Shown: positions 52,895 to 63,332 of the stretch, piece by piece
Layout of the letters: the number at the start of each line of letters is the position of its first letter
Position numbering within the stretch: the first letter of the stretch is position 1
Origin: an uncultured Verrucomicrobiae bacterium
GTDB taxonomy: Bacteria; Verrucomicrobiota; Verrucomicrobiia; Chthoniobacterales; JAFAMB01
DNA length: 64,000 bases
NCBI GenBank assembly: GCA_963837955.1
Contig: CAWIPH010000002.1
Location: 4,416,001 to 4,480,000 of the forward strand
Direction: 5' to 3'
The notes under the pieces: model-generated
The model's database searches: none
Told to the model about the DNA's origin: nothing
The model's input: the letters and a program-made list of their open reading frames with translations, nothing else
Made by a program: the position numbers and the translations under genes

Positions 52895-53721
52895 GCAACG
52901 AAAAGAAAATCAGCACGCGCGGCCGGATTTGGTTTGAAACACTCGCTGGAAAACAAGCGAAGCATGTACCAAGCGTACCATCGGTCCTGGTCGCCGATAC
53001 GACGCTGCAGCAGGAACGGGTTCGATTTCTTGCCATCGTGCCGGACCCGGACAATCGCTTTCCCTGTGCGCGCCAGGGACAAGTCGGACTGCAAGAGGGA
53101 TGGAACCTGGCCAAGCAGATTCGTGACGCGATCAAGGCTGATGAAAACGGCGAAAAGCGAGCAATCATTGCCATCGTTGACGTTCCTAGCCAAGCCTACG
53201 GCCGGCGCGAGGAACTGCTCGGTATCTTTTTGGCAGCAGCGGCGGCAACGGATGCTTACGTCTCCGCTCGACTAGCCGGGCATCCCGTGATTTCTCTGCT
53301 GGTCGGCCATGCCATCTCTGGCGGTTTTTTGACCCACGGCGCCCAGGCGAACCGGCTGTTGGCCTTCAACGATTCCGGCGTGGTGGTTCACGCGATGGCG
53401 AAAAATGCCGCGGCACGGGTCACCCGGCGGACCGTGGAAGAACTCGATAAGTTGGCCGAGACGGTCATTCCCATGTCTTACAAAATCCAAGACTACGCCA
53501 AACTTGGCACACTCTACAAATTGATCGACGGCGTGAATGTCGATTCACCAGAACCGGAACAGGTTGATCAGGTACGGGCCAATTTGTTGGCGGCCATCGC
53601 CGATGCCCGTTCAGGTCAAAGGGATTTGAGCGACCGCCTCCAATCCGAGGGCGCTCAGAAAAACCGGACCGCCACCCTCGCGGTACGGCAGCGGCTCGCT
53701 GCGGAGTGGCATTCTAACTAA
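52891..53721 (+). CDS. mdcE: Malonate decarboxylase gamma subunit
   Basis: DVPSQAYGRREE, AISGGFLTHG; ATGA overlap with mdcD. Confidence 0.94.
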   Translation: MSNEKKISTRGRIWFETLAGKQAKHVPSVPSVLVADTTLQQERVRFLAIVPDPDNRFPCARQGQVGLQEGWNLAKQIRDAIKADENGEKRAIIAIVDVPSQAYGRREELLGIFLAAAAATDAYVSARLAGHPVISLLVGHAISGGFLTHGAQANRLLAFNDSGVVVHAMAKNAAARVTRRTVEELDKLAETVIPMSYKIQDYAKLGTLYKLIDGVNVDSPEPEQVDQVRANLLAAIADARSGQRDLSDRLQSEGAQKNRTATLAVRQRLAAEWHSN

Positions 53722-53729
53722 ACGAGTTT

Positions 53730-54671
53730 ATGACGCTGATGATCGCTGACGCACTGGTGCCCGTCTTTTTTGTCATGTTTCTTGGCTACTTCGCTGGCGC
53801 GAGGCGCATTATCGATAATCAGCACGTGGCCAGCCTGAACGCGTTGGTAATGACGTTTGCCCTGCCGGCCGCACTCTTTGTGGGTGTAGCCCAGACATCA
53901 CGTAGTGGACTGGCAGGGCATGAAAAGCTTTTCCTCGTGCTTTTTATTTCCATGTCGATGATTTTTGGGATCACGTTTGCTCTTAACCGCTACGTCTTTC
54001 GTTTGAATCCGGGCGAGAACGCCGTCCAGTCATTGAGTGTCGGCTTCCCCAATTTTGCCGGGGTCGGCATGCCCTTGCTGGCTAGCGTCATCGGCCCAGG
54101 AAGCGCGGTTAGCGTGGCAGCTTCGATCGCTGCAGGCTCGGTCTTTATCTCCCCGTTGACTCTGGCGATTTTGGAATCGCGCGGAAAGGCGGCCGGTTCT
54201 TCACCTCATCCGATTGCGACCGCGCTCTTTCATTCCGTTTGCAAACCGGTGGTGATTGCTCCCGTTGCTGGCCTGGTCGTGGCGCTCCTGGGGGTCCACC
54301 CAGACGAAGTGGTGAGTCATGCACTTAACCTCATCGGCGCAACGGCCGCTGGTCTCGCCTGTTTTGTGACCGGCTTGGTTCTCTCAGCTCAGTCCTTGCA
54401 TCTGGATGTGAATGTTGGCGTTGGTGTCCTCATGAAAAACATCGTTCTCCCGTTAGTTGCCTATCTTATCACTCTCGCGCTTGGGATGTCGGGTGAGATC
54501 GCGCGAGAAGCGATCCTCCTGGCGGCCGTGCCTACCGGATTTTTCGGGATTCTCTTTGGGTTAAACTATGGGGTGAGGTCCCAGGCTATAGGCTCGACGG
54601 TTACCCTCAGTTCTCTTCTTAGCGTCATTACGTTGTCAGCAGCAATTCTTCTGACTTCGCAGATGAAATGA
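53730..54671 (+). CDS. mdcF: AEC-family transporter (malonate uptake, MdcF-like)
   Basis: About 10 TM segments, FALPAALF, PN...GMP; position in operon. Confidence 0.85.
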   Translation: MTLMIADALVPVFFVMFLGYFAGARRIIDNQHVASLNALVMTFALPAALFVGVAQTSRSGLAGHEKLFLVLFISMSMIFGITFALNRYVFRLNPGENAVQSLSVGFPNFAGVGMPLLASVIGPGSAVSVAASIAAGSVFISPLTLAILESRGKAAGSSPHPIATALFHSVCKPVVIAPVAGLVVALLGVHPDEVVSHALNLIGATAAGLACFVTGLVLSAQSLHLDVNVGVGVLMKNIVLPLVAYLITLALGMSGEIAREAILLAAVPTGFFGILFGLNYGVRSQAIGSTVTLSSLLSVITLSAAILLTSQMK

Positions 54672-55306
54672 GGGCTCACGATTTATTGCAGATTTCCGGG
54701 TTGGCCGATCTAGTTTATGTCGGATGGGAGCTGCCGGAAAAGCGATGTCCGCTCTGGGTTGAGCGCTCCCTGCAGGAAGCACCCTTCGTCGTCATTCGTC
54801 GGGCCAACTTGTTCGATGGAATGATTCCAATCGGGGTTCGCGGTTCAGCGCGTCAGCAAAGATCCGCCGCTTATCTCGCTCCCGAATCGATCCGCAACCG
54901 GATTACTCCTGAACAACTTGCCGCAAATCGAGGATGGCTGGCCAACGCTCGAACCGAGGAAATCCCGGGCCTCAAGGTCTTGGCTGGCATCGAAGAAAAG
55001 CTGGCTAACTTCCCGCTGGCTTTTGGACCAACCGGAAGCATCGGTTTCGAACTCGCGAGTGGCCTTCCGACGGCGACATCAACCAGCGATCTCGATTTGC
55101 TTATCCGCGCTCCAGAACGCTGGCCGATGCAACTAGCGCAAGAATTGATTACGATTTTCTCTGGGGGTCCGTGTCGGGTCGATGCCCAACTCGAGACGCC
55201 TCGGGGCGCAGTATCCCTGGCTGAATACGCGAGTGGCCAAACGCCGCTGCTTTTACGACAAAACGGTGGTCCAGTTCTGGTCGATGATCCGTGGGCCGGA
55301 GAATAG
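54668..55306 (+). CDS. mdcG: Malonate decarboxylase holo-ACP synthase
   Basis: HDLL, GVRG..R.QR, GSIGFELASG, SDLDL. Confidence 0.92.
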   Translation: MRAHDLLQISGLADLVYVGWELPEKRCPLWVERSLQEAPFVVIRRANLFDGMIPIGVRGSARQQRSAAYLAPESIRNRITPEQLAANRGWLANARTEEIPGLKVLAGIEEKLANFPLAFGPTGSIGFELASGLPTATSTSDLDLLIRAPERWPMQLAQELITIFSGGPCRVDAQLETPRGAVSLAEYASGQTPLLLRQNGGPVLVDDPWAGE

Positions 55307-55370
55307 CCAATAACCAATAGCCAATAGCCCATTTGCTATTGGCTATCGGCTATTGGTCATTACCTGCGGC

Positions 55371-56306
55371 ATGAGCGTCGCATTCCTCTATCCAGGACAG
55401 GGAGCACAAACCCCGGGTATGCTTCACCAGTTGCCGGACCGCGCCGAAGCTACTCGGACACTGCAGGAAGCAAGTCAGGTTCTTGGTCACGACGTGCTAA
55501 CGCTCGATACAGAACAGGCACTTTCGTCAACCGTGCCGGTTCAACTTGCCCTTTTTGTTTCTGGGGTTGCCGCGACCCGGATTATGCAAGCCGAAGGAGT
55601 AAAGCCGGATATCGTTGCCGGTCTTTCGGTTGGAGCTTTTGCGGCTGCCGTTGCCGCCGGGGCGCTTGTTTTCAAGGACGGTTTGAGCCTGGTGAAGTTG
55701 CGCGCTGAGTTGATGGAGAAAGCATATCCCCAGGGACATGGGTTAGCGGCGGTTATCGGATTAAGCGAAACGCACCTTTCTCAAATAGTCAGTGAAATCA
55801 ATAAACCCGAATCTCCGGTCTTTATCGGGAACTTGAATGCACCAACCCAATTTGTCATTACAGGATCCGATTCCGGAATGGAAAGCGTGCTCAAGCGCGC
55901 CAAAAATGAAGGGGCGCGCATCGGCAAACGTTTACGGGTCAGTGTCCCTTCTCATTGTGTTCTATTGAAAAGTGTTGCAGACGAATTGACCCGCGCTATC
56001 GCCAAGATCGAGATCAAAACACCCAAAGCAATCTATGTTAGCAACCGGCGCGCTCGCGCGCTGCGCGATCCCGATGGAATTCGAGAGGATTTGGCAACAA
56101 ACATCGCACACCCGGTCCGTTGGCACGACGCGACGACAGTTGCTTATGAGCGAGGCGTCCGTTTTTTTGTAGAATTGCCGCCGGGCCACACCCTGACCGA
56201 CCTGGCGTCCACCGCATTTCCAGATGCTCGATCGATCGCTTTGAGTCAGATGCAGATCGACTCGGCGGTTAAGCTGATTAAGCGGCAGGCAGAAAGAGTG
56301 GAGTGA
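55371..56306 (+). CDS. mdcH: Malonyl-CoA:ACP transacylase (epsilon subunit)
   Basis: LYPGQGAQ, GLSVGA, VPSHC; start at ATG 55371. Confidence 0.93.
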   Translation: MSVAFLYPGQGAQTPGMLHQLPDRAEATRTLQEASQVLGHDVLTLDTEQALSSTVPVQLALFVSGVAATRIMQAEGVKPDIVAGLSVGAFAAAVAAGALVFKDGLSLVKLRAELMEKAYPQGHGLAAVIGLSETHLSQIVSEINKPESPVFIGNLNAPTQFVITGSDSGMESVLKRAKNEGARIGKRLRVSVPSHCVLLKSVADELTRAIAKIEIKTPKAIYVSNRRARALRDPDGIREDLATNIAHPVRWHDATTVAYERGVRFFVELPPGHTLTDLASTAFPDARSIALSQMQIDSAVKLIKRQAERVE

Positions 56307-56340
56307 CGTCCAGCAAGCAACACTCATCGTCGATTCTACT

Positions 56341-56705
56341 CGTCCTCGTGCTCGTCCTCGTGCTCGTCCTCGATGCGTCGAATTACCCCTGATGGGGAGG
56401 GCGCACGTCCTCGCGCGCCGTGGTTGCTTCACCCAGCGCCGAAACCGGACGATGGAGCGGAAATGTCAGCATCATGGGTTAGGCAGCGGATTGCGAGGAC
56501 GCAATCCCTCCCGCGTTTACTCGTTGGAATAAAATCGTCCTCGTCGTCGTCCTCGATGCGTCGATTACCCCTGACAGGGAGGGCGCGCGTCCTCGCGCGC
56601 CGTTGTTGCTTCACCCAGCGCCGAAACCGGACGATGGAGCGGAAATGTCAGCATCATGGGTTAGGCAGCGGATTGCGGGGACGCAATCCCTCCCCGCGTC
56701 TACCC
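56341..56705. repeat. Tandem duplication of an about 180-bp GGGAGGGCGC...CCCTCCC REP-like unit with CTCGTC hexamers
   Basis: Two near-identical units at about 56365-56520 and 56548-56705. Confidence 0.88.
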
Positions 56706-56830
56706 GTTGGACCGTCCTCGGCTCGATGAATAACTTCGGACCGACTATAAGGACGAATTATCGAGAAGTCGCTTCATTCTGCTAACAATTCCCACGGATC
56801 ATTGTTGACTATCAACCCGCGGCCATTTGC

Positions 56831-56885
56831 GCGACCGCAGCGCACAGTCTCTGCCATCGAGAGAAATAACCGAATCTGACAAAGC
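56831..56885 (-). pseudogene. Relic of the 5' end of a LysR gene
   Basis: Aligns to 47621-47675 of the intact LysR gene; no start codon or continuation. Confidence 0.6.
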
Positions 56886-56977
56886 TACGCGAGCTTCGTC
56901 TCATTTGAATTCCTTATTACAAGACACAAAACAAACAATTTCACTTATCGTGGAGAACCAATGAAATAGGATCTTAT

Positions 56978-57757
56978 ATGATTTTCAATAACCTCAAAAA
57001 TTCCTTCTTGTCAGCCGCCGCCTTCCTTGTCCTCGCCGGGACGGCGGTTCCCGGGCTGGCCGCACCGGTCAAGAATATCGTGTTGGTTCACGGTGCCTGG
57101 GCAGACGGTTCTGGCTGGAAAGGCGTTTACGACATTCTTGTCAAAGATGGCTACAACGTCAGCATCGTTCAGGAGCCGGAGACGTCCTTTAAAGAAGATG
57201 TGACTGCCACGAAGCGCGTCCTTGCTCAACAAGATGGACCTTGCATTCTGGTCGCTCACAGCTACGGGGGAGCCGTAGTTACTGAAGCCGGGACGGATCC
57301 ATCTGTCGCCGGATTGGTGTACATCGCCGCCCACATGCCAGATGCCGGAGAGAATGAGGCTGACGACGGAAAGCGCTTTCCGAGTGACCTCAGCAAGTCT
57401 ACTGCGATAAAGAAGACGGCTGACGGTTTCACTTACCTCGACCCCGCGCAGTTTCATGAGTATTTCGCAGCCGACCTGCCAACTGAGCAAGCCGCTTTCA
57501 TGGCGCGATCACAAGTGCTTAACGCAGCTGACAATTTCAAAGCGGTCATCACCACGGCTGCTTGGAGAACCAGACCAAGCTGGATGTTGGTAGCGGCAGC
57601 AGACAGAACCATCAACCCTGACCTCGAACGGTGGTATGCGACACGAGCCCACAGCCACAAGGTAGAGGTAGAGGGAGCCAGCCACGCTGTCTACGTGTCA
57701 CATCCCAAGGAAGTGGCGGCGCTGATTGAGGAAGCCGCACAGCATGCTATACCGTAG
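56978..57757 (+). CDS. Alpha/beta hydrolase, secreted
   Basis: VLVHGAWADGSGW, AHSYGG nucleophile elbow, ASH; signal peptide. Confidence 0.92.
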   Translation: MIFNNLKNSFLSAAAFLVLAGTAVPGLAAPVKNIVLVHGAWADGSGWKGVYDILVKDGYNVSIVQEPETSFKEDVTATKRVLAQQDGPCILVAHSYGGAVVTEAGTDPSVAGLVYIAAHMPDAGENEADDGKRFPSDLSKSTAIKKTADGFTYLDPAQFHEYFAADLPTEQAAFMARSQVLNAADNFKAVITTAAWRTRPSWMLVAAADRTINPDLERWYATRAHSHKVEVEGASHAVYVSHPKEVAALIEEAAQHAIP

Positions 57758-57788
57758 CGGCTGGCATTACTGAGCAGGCAGAATCGCT

Positions 57789-57829
57789 GCCCCTAGCAGA
57801 CCTTGAGGTTAGCTGGGGGCTTTTGCTTT
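57789..57829 (+). terminator. Probable intrinsic terminator
   Basis: GCCCCTAGC...GCTGGGGGC stem followed by TTTTGCTTT, just after the hydrolase stop. Confidence 0.55.
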
Positions 57830-58127
57830 CCTGCACAGCCGCTTTCGCGATGCGGAACGCATGGTATCCCGTTGCGAACTCGGGAAGTGCAAATCGATTG
57901 GTTGTCTGTTAGTTGTTTAGACATGGCTCAGATTCTGTTGATGTTCAGGCATCTGCCGAATCGATATGCAAAGTTAAATTAATGATTAGGTAGACCCGAA
58001 AGACATGTGAGATTCCGACCATGTCAGAACTCTTGGATGATAAGGTAGCTAAGGTGCCAACAGTGAATCTGCCGAACCCGCAGACTGTAGTTTGCCCAAG
58101 CGTCTAACTAAAAGGACCGGCTTCTTG

Positions 58128-59201
58128 ATGAGCTCATTTGACGGGAATCGACTGAAGGAAACCTCGCAGACAGCATGTTCAATGCAGCGATTTGAACTTT
58201 GGTGGACACTCTTAGAAACAGCAATTCAAACACCTTCACCGCACAATGTGCAACCTTGGCGTATTCGGCTCATATCGGAACAAGAAGCAGAGCTCTACAT
58301 CGACGGGAAGAGAACACTCCCCAAAGAAGACACAACAGGCAGTTTCATTCTTTCCACAATGGGTATGTTTGTGGAAGCGATTACGCTTTTGGCGGCTCCA
58401 AAAGGGTTCAATCTTGAATATGAATTGAGCCATGCGCCTGAATGGTATGCCCAGGCCATTATTCACGACAAGAGGAGCGACCTGTTACCTTTCGCCCGCT
58501 TGCACTTATCTCCGTGTTCACCCCGGGAGAACCCCTATCCTGAGTCGCTTTTCCTGAAACGACGCACTTCTCGGATTTGTTTGTCGCCAACTCCGATAGG
58601 AGATAGCGCGTTCGCGACTTTGGCAGAGCTGGCAACCAAATGGGGGCAGCGGTATGAACAGATCACCGACCCGGAGCAAATTGAAAATGTACTGGCGCAA
58701 AACACGAACGCGCTCTTCGAGGATTTGAATACTCCAGCCTACCACGACGAGATTGTTTCGTGGTTTCGCTTTACCGATCGAGCAGCAAAGCGGCATCGGG
58801 ATGGACTGGACTGGCGCTGCATGAACACGTCAAGGACGGCCTTCTGGCTAGCGGCTCGAATTCCCAAACTCCTTGTGTTTCCTGTCACGCGACCTTTGCT
58901 GAAACGCCAGTATCGCCGGCAGCTCGGCTTGGTGCCAACGATTGGCCTGCTGGCAGGCGATTTCTTCCGCGCTTCCAGCGCATTTCAGACTGGACGTTTT
59001 CTCATCAGATTTTGGCTCGAAACCGCACGACTCGGACTTTTCATACATCCCTACGGCAATCTGGTGACAAATCCTTCCGCGGCGACTTGGCTCGCTGAGA
59101 CTACCAACATCAAGGACATCTGGTTGATTTTCAAAATAGGGCATTCTGAGGTGCCACCCAAGAGTTATCGACGTTCGCTTGCGGATGCGATGGTTAGTTA
59201 A
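58128..59201 (+). CDS. Nitroreductase-like (Acg-type) FMN-binding protein
   Basis: TPSPHNVQPW, KRRTSR, two-domain size; start uncertain (58128 or 58182). Confidence 0.7.
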   Translation: MSSFDGNRLKETSQTACSMQRFELWWTLLETAIQTPSPHNVQPWRIRLISEQEAELYIDGKRTLPKEDTTGSFILSTMGMFVEAITLLAAPKGFNLEYELSHAPEWYAQAIIHDKRSDLLPFARLHLSPCSPRENPYPESLFLKRRTSRICLSPTPIGDSAFATLAELATKWGQRYEQITDPEQIENVLAQNTNALFEDLNTPAYHDEIVSWFRFTDRAAKRHRDGLDWRCMNTSRTAFWLAARIPKLLVFPVTRPLLKRQYRRQLGLVPTIGLLAGDFFRASSAFQTGRFLIRFWLETARLGLFIHPYGNLVTNPSAATWLAETTNIKDIWLIFKIGHSEVPPKSYRRSLADAMVS

Positions 59202-59209
59202 CTGCCCTC

Positions 59210-60706
59210 ATGAGATCCGTACTCTCCAGTTTCGCGTTGCGCACAGTTCTTTGGATTCTTTGGCTCCTTCGTCGGCTCATCAGTATGGATGGTAGTACCT
59301 ATGCTTTGATGAACGCGAGCAGGCTGCAGTGGTTCCTGGTGCGGGTCGGACGGATGGGTGCGCATGCCGCTTATCTGAAAGCCCGCACAACGTGTCCCGC
59401 TTATCAGGACTTTCTCGATAAGATGGGGTATGAAGAAAAAGGACGGTGGCGGCTCGACGCGTTGCCAGAAATGACCAAGGAAAACTATGTCAAGAAGTAC
59501 AGCATAGAACAACGCTGTTACGGAGGCGCCATTCCAAAGGCAGGCGTTGTCATCGACGAGTCATCCGGATCAACCGGCATGCCGAACAATTGGGTGCGGA
59601 GTGCGGCGGAACGCACTGATGTAAAACGCATCCTCCAGTTGAACTACCAGCTAATCTATCGCGATAGCGGATGCATTCTCCTCAATTGTTTCGCTCTCGG
59701 ACCTTGGGCGACTGGAATGAATATTTCTATGTCTCTCGTGGAGATGGGCATATTGAAATCGATCGGTCCCGACCAGAAGAAGTTGGAAAATACATTAGAA
59801 CTTTTCGGTCCCAAATACCGCTACCTGATCTTCGGTTATCCGCCATTTATTAGAGCATTTGTCGATGAGACCCGCCTCGATCTTTCCAAGTACCAATTTG
59901 ATCTGATCGTCGGAGGCGAGGGACTCTCAGAAGGTCTGCGATCACACCTTCGACAATATGCGCGCAGCGTGATTTCGTCGTATGGAGCATCGGATCTGGA
60001 AATCAATATCGCCGTCGAAACCGAGCTGACGATCGCCCTCCGGCGCCTGTGCTTGAAGAATGCGGCGCTCTCAAAAAAGCTCTTTGGCCGCGATACTCCG
60101 CCGATGATTTTTCAATACAATCCTCTGGATTACACCATTGAAACAAACAGCGAGAACGAACTGCTATTTACTGTTGGCAGGCAATCGGGGGCTGCACCAA
60201 AAATACGCTACAATCTACGCGATTCCGGCGGCGTCTTTTCCTTTTGCTCTCTGTCCCGCGTGTTGGAAAATGACGGCATTCCGCTCTCAGGGCTTGCCCC
60301 GCGGCACAGTTCGCTGCCGGTGTTGTTTGTGTATGGGCGTAACGATGCAACCGTCCCTTTCTATGGCGCAAAAATCTATCCGGCCGATCTGGAACGCGTC
60401 ATTAATGAGGACCCAGTGCTAGCCATGGAGATTCACTCCTTCCAATTGAAAGTTATCGAAGATGAACAACTAGAGAACAAACTACAGGTGCATCTTGAGT
60501 TGTCGAAAAATCGTGGAGACGGGTTGCGTTCGGATCTTGAAAAACTGCAGGGAATGATCTTCAACGGCTTGATCCGTGTGAATCAAGATTTTCGTGAGGT
60601 AACAAAAATGTTCGACCGCAGCCAAGTCCAGGTCTTCTTGTATGAGTACGAGAACGGGCCATTTGCCGGGAGAGATGTTCGCATCAAGAACAAGTACATA
60701 GCATAA
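59210..60706 (+). CDS. Phenylacetate-CoA ligase (PaaK)-like adenylating enzyme
   Basis: LPEMTKENY, ESSGSTG, FGYPPF, GGEG, YGASD, IRYNLRD. Confidence 0.8.
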   Translation: MRSVLSSFALRTVLWILWLLRRLISMDGSTYALMNASRLQWFLVRVGRMGAHAAYLKARTTCPAYQDFLDKMGYEEKGRWRLDALPEMTKENYVKKYSIEQRCYGGAIPKAGVVIDESSGSTGMPNNWVRSAAERTDVKRILQLNYQLIYRDSGCILLNCFALGPWATGMNISMSLVEMGILKSIGPDQKKLENTLELFGPKYRYLIFGYPPFIRAFVDETRLDLSKYQFDLIVGGEGLSEGLRSHLRQYARSVISSYGASDLEINIAVETELTIALRRLCLKNAALSKKLFGRDTPPMIFQYNPLDYTIETNSENELLFTVGRQSGAAPKIRYNLRDSGGVFSFCSLSRVLENDGIPLSGLAPRHSSLPVLFVYGRNDATVPFYGAKIYPADLERVINEDPVLAMEIHSFQLKVIEDEQLENKLQVHLELSKNRGDGLRSDLEKLQGMIFNGLIRVNQDFREVTKMFDRSQVQVFLYEYENGPFAGRDVRIKNKYIA

Positions 60707-60726
60707 CGATTAGTCATGGTGTTCCC

Positions 60727-61158
60727 CACGCCGACTTGTCCGACGAAGCCTCCTCCGATCTTCGAGCCACCGCTAATGGTCGGTGAAGTCGGACTTGTCC
60801 GCCATAGCCCGTCCTCTCAAAGCCAATATTCTGAATATGTTTGGCGGCGGCGGAAGGCGTTAGAGGACTCAGCCCATGTCCCATTCGGTTATTTCAACAG
60901 GTCCGTCAGGCCTTCATTTGCTATCTGCTATTTGCTATTTGTCATGCGCTTCGCCCGAGGCTTTGCGTAACCCTGGGTAAAGCACCACAAGCGGTCCGCT
61001 CTGAAAGAGCGCAAGAAAAAGACGAGATCGAGGAAAACAGGCTCGGAAGGGCAAGACAGATTTTTGAACAGAAGGAAGCAAAGACGGCCCAGTACTGACT
61101 ACCGATCAGAGCGCTTCCGTCTGCAATCTGTCATCTGTCATCTGTCATGCGCTTCGCC
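60727..61158. repeat. Composite repeat (copy of 36248-36621) containing a split REP unit
   Basis: Manual alignment with 36248-36621 and 26396-26487. Confidence 0.8.
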
Positions 61159-61259
61159 CGTCATGGGCTTCGCCTGTCATGCGCTCCCCCCTAACTCTCC
61201 TAAATTCCAGATTCCAGATTAACTCGCCGCTTTTTCCGGAACTTGATACACCCAAACCG

Positions 61260-61823
61260 ATGAAAAGGCGCGATCATCGGAATTCCTGGTTAATCTGTTT
61301 ATTCCTGGCTCTTCCACTTGGATACTCCGCGTTTGCGGGCGAACGCTATCAAGTCGAGCGATCTGCCGGAGGCGCCTGTAAGATTTACAGCGAGCGGCAT
61401 ACACTCCTGGCAACCGGGCGAGCGAATGGCTCAATGCCGGTTGGCGTTTGGACCTACTATGAATCGACAGGCCTCGGACTAGCGGAGATTCGCTATCAGC
61501 GAGGGATCAAAAACGGCCTATTTAAGACCCGGTACGGATCGAGCGCCAATCCGCATGCTGCAGGCAAATTGCAATTACTCGGGCAGTTCCGGAGCAATCA
61601 AATGGATGGGCTAATCAAAGCGTACGACTCCGATGGCAAACCACTGTTAAATCGGCAATATGTTGACGGAAAGATCGTGCACGCACAAACTTTTTTCGGC
61701 ACTCCCAGCACCGATACGCCAACAGCCTTCGCTGTGGCAAAAAAGCTGGATCAATCGGACCAGGCTTTCTTCCGACAAATTGAACCCATGGTCTTTGATG
61801 GGCTAAAATCAGACGGAAGATGA
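61260..61823 (+). CDS. Secreted protein with MORN/YwqK-like repeats
   Basis: Signal peptide; G.WTYYE..G, G.KNG.F, MDG..K.YD..GK repeats; start at ATG 61260. Confidence 0.65.
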   Translation: MKRRDHRNSWLICLFLALPLGYSAFAGERYQVERSAGGACKIYSERHTLLATGRANGSMPVGVWTYYESTGLGLAEIRYQRGIKNGLFKTRYGSSANPHAAGKLQLLGQFRSNQMDGLIKAYDSDGKPLLNRQYVDGKIVHAQTFFGTPSTDTPTAFAVAKKLDQSDQAFFRQIEPMVFDGLKSDGR

Positions 61824-61952
61824 AGCGTTCCAGACTGACTCTATTTGAAACTGTGGATTTTCGCGGGCACGATTGCGTCCGAATATCTTCCTTGGTCTGC
61901 GCCCATTTTCATAGAAGTCGCCGAGGGTGCCGATCACTTCTAAATTCTAAAT

Positions 61953-62972
61953 TCACACCGCCACCGCCTCAATAACCGTCATTGGCGAGCGGATCGGGGT
62001 GTTCTTGGAGAAGCGGAGGCCCGCATCGTTCAGCAATCCGCAAAATTCGGCCAGCGTACGCTCGCGACCGGTTAGCAGCACCATCATGTTAAGATCCATG
62101 AGTGGAGCTACCCCAGGCTCGCCGATCTCCCCGAGAAGCATCTCGATCACGATGACCCGACCGCCCGGTCGCATCGCTTCCCGGCATCCTTGAAGGATGC
62201 GCACCGCTTCTTCATCGTTCCAATCATGCAGAATATTTTTGAGCAAATAAATATCGGCTTCGGGGACATAAGTGAAGAAATCCCCGCCCAACGCCTTGCT
62301 ACGTTCGGCAAGTCCTAGTGCCGATGCCGCAGCTGTCGCGCTCGGCACCACATCTGGTAAATCGAAGACGATCCCATGCAAGTGCGAATTGGCTATCAAC
62401 AGACTGTGGACCAACGTTCCGCTCGCGCCGCCAATGTCGACTGCGAGTTTTGCAGTTGATGTATCGACCACCCGCGCGACTTCTTGCGCTAGTCCGGAAG
62501 TAAAGCCATGCATCGCGTTTGTGAAAGCTGTGCCTTCTTCGGGTCTTTGCGCATAATAGTCCCACATCTTGGCGCCGAGCGCTGGTACGCTCTGGGATTC
62601 ACCGGTCCGTACAGCGTCCGGGAACCTACCCCAAGATAGCCAGTGGCCCGGTGCTGACCAGGCTATCGCGAGGCTATGCAGCGAACCGGGCACGTTAGCC
62701 CGCAGAGTACCTAATAGCCGAGTTGCGCTAAAGGTCGGCCCATCGAAGGTCACTAGTCCAAGTGAGGCACAAGCGCGGAGCAGGCGGAAAGCCGCGGTTG
62801 GATCGATGCCTTCTATTGTGGAAATCTGTTCCGCAGTCGCAGGTCCCTTTGCCAGGTGATCCGCAATCGAGTAGGTAGCCACAGCACCGGCTATCTGCGT
62901 CAAAAAAAAGCCGGTGAGCATCTGCATCATCTGTTCGAAATCTTTGTCCGTTGCCTCCAAGGCGGTCGTCAT
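61953..62972 (-). CDS. SAM-dependent O-methyltransferase (dimerisation domain + Methyltransf_2)
   Basis: VDIGGASG, FDLP, GDFF, ILHDW, GRERT. Confidence 0.93.
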   Translation of the reverse strand: MTTALEATDKDFEQMMQMLTGFFLTQIAGAVATYSIADHLAKGPATAEQISTIEGIDPTAAFRLLRACASLGLVTFDGPTFSATRLLGTLRANVPGSLHSLAIAWSAPGHWLSWGRFPDAVRTGESQSVPALGAKMWDYYAQRPEEGTAFTNAMHGFTSGLAQEVARVVDTSTAKLAVDIGGASGTLVHSLLIANSHLHGIVFDLPDVVPSATAAASALGLAERSKALGGDFFTYVPEADIYLLKNILHDWNDEEAVRILQGCREAMRPGGRVIVIEMLLGEIGEPGVAPLMDLNMMVLLTGRERTLAEFCGLLNDAGLRFSKNTPIRSPMTVIEAVAV

Positions 62973-63332
62973 AATATATTCTCGACTGTTGTTTGATGAT
63001 TCTTGCCTGATGGAACGCAGAGAATTTTTCCCTGCTCAGGATATTGGAAGCAATAAACCCCGTCATTTCAGCGGTCGGCCCGTTTTTGTCCCGATAGCCG
63101 TAAACGTCGTCCGAATTGGCTGTCGATTTGCCTCGCTTACAGATCGTTAAAACCTCACGCCAAGTCGCCAAGACGCATTTTCAATTTTCACAAAAGTGCG
63201 CAGAGACAGAGAAGACTTTTTTTAACAGGAGCTCACAGAGATAACGGAGAAACCGGGTCTCACGCAAAGTCGCAAAGGCGCAAAGACGGATTTTAAACAG
63301 AAGGTGACGAAGGGACCTTCTCTGCGCTCACG

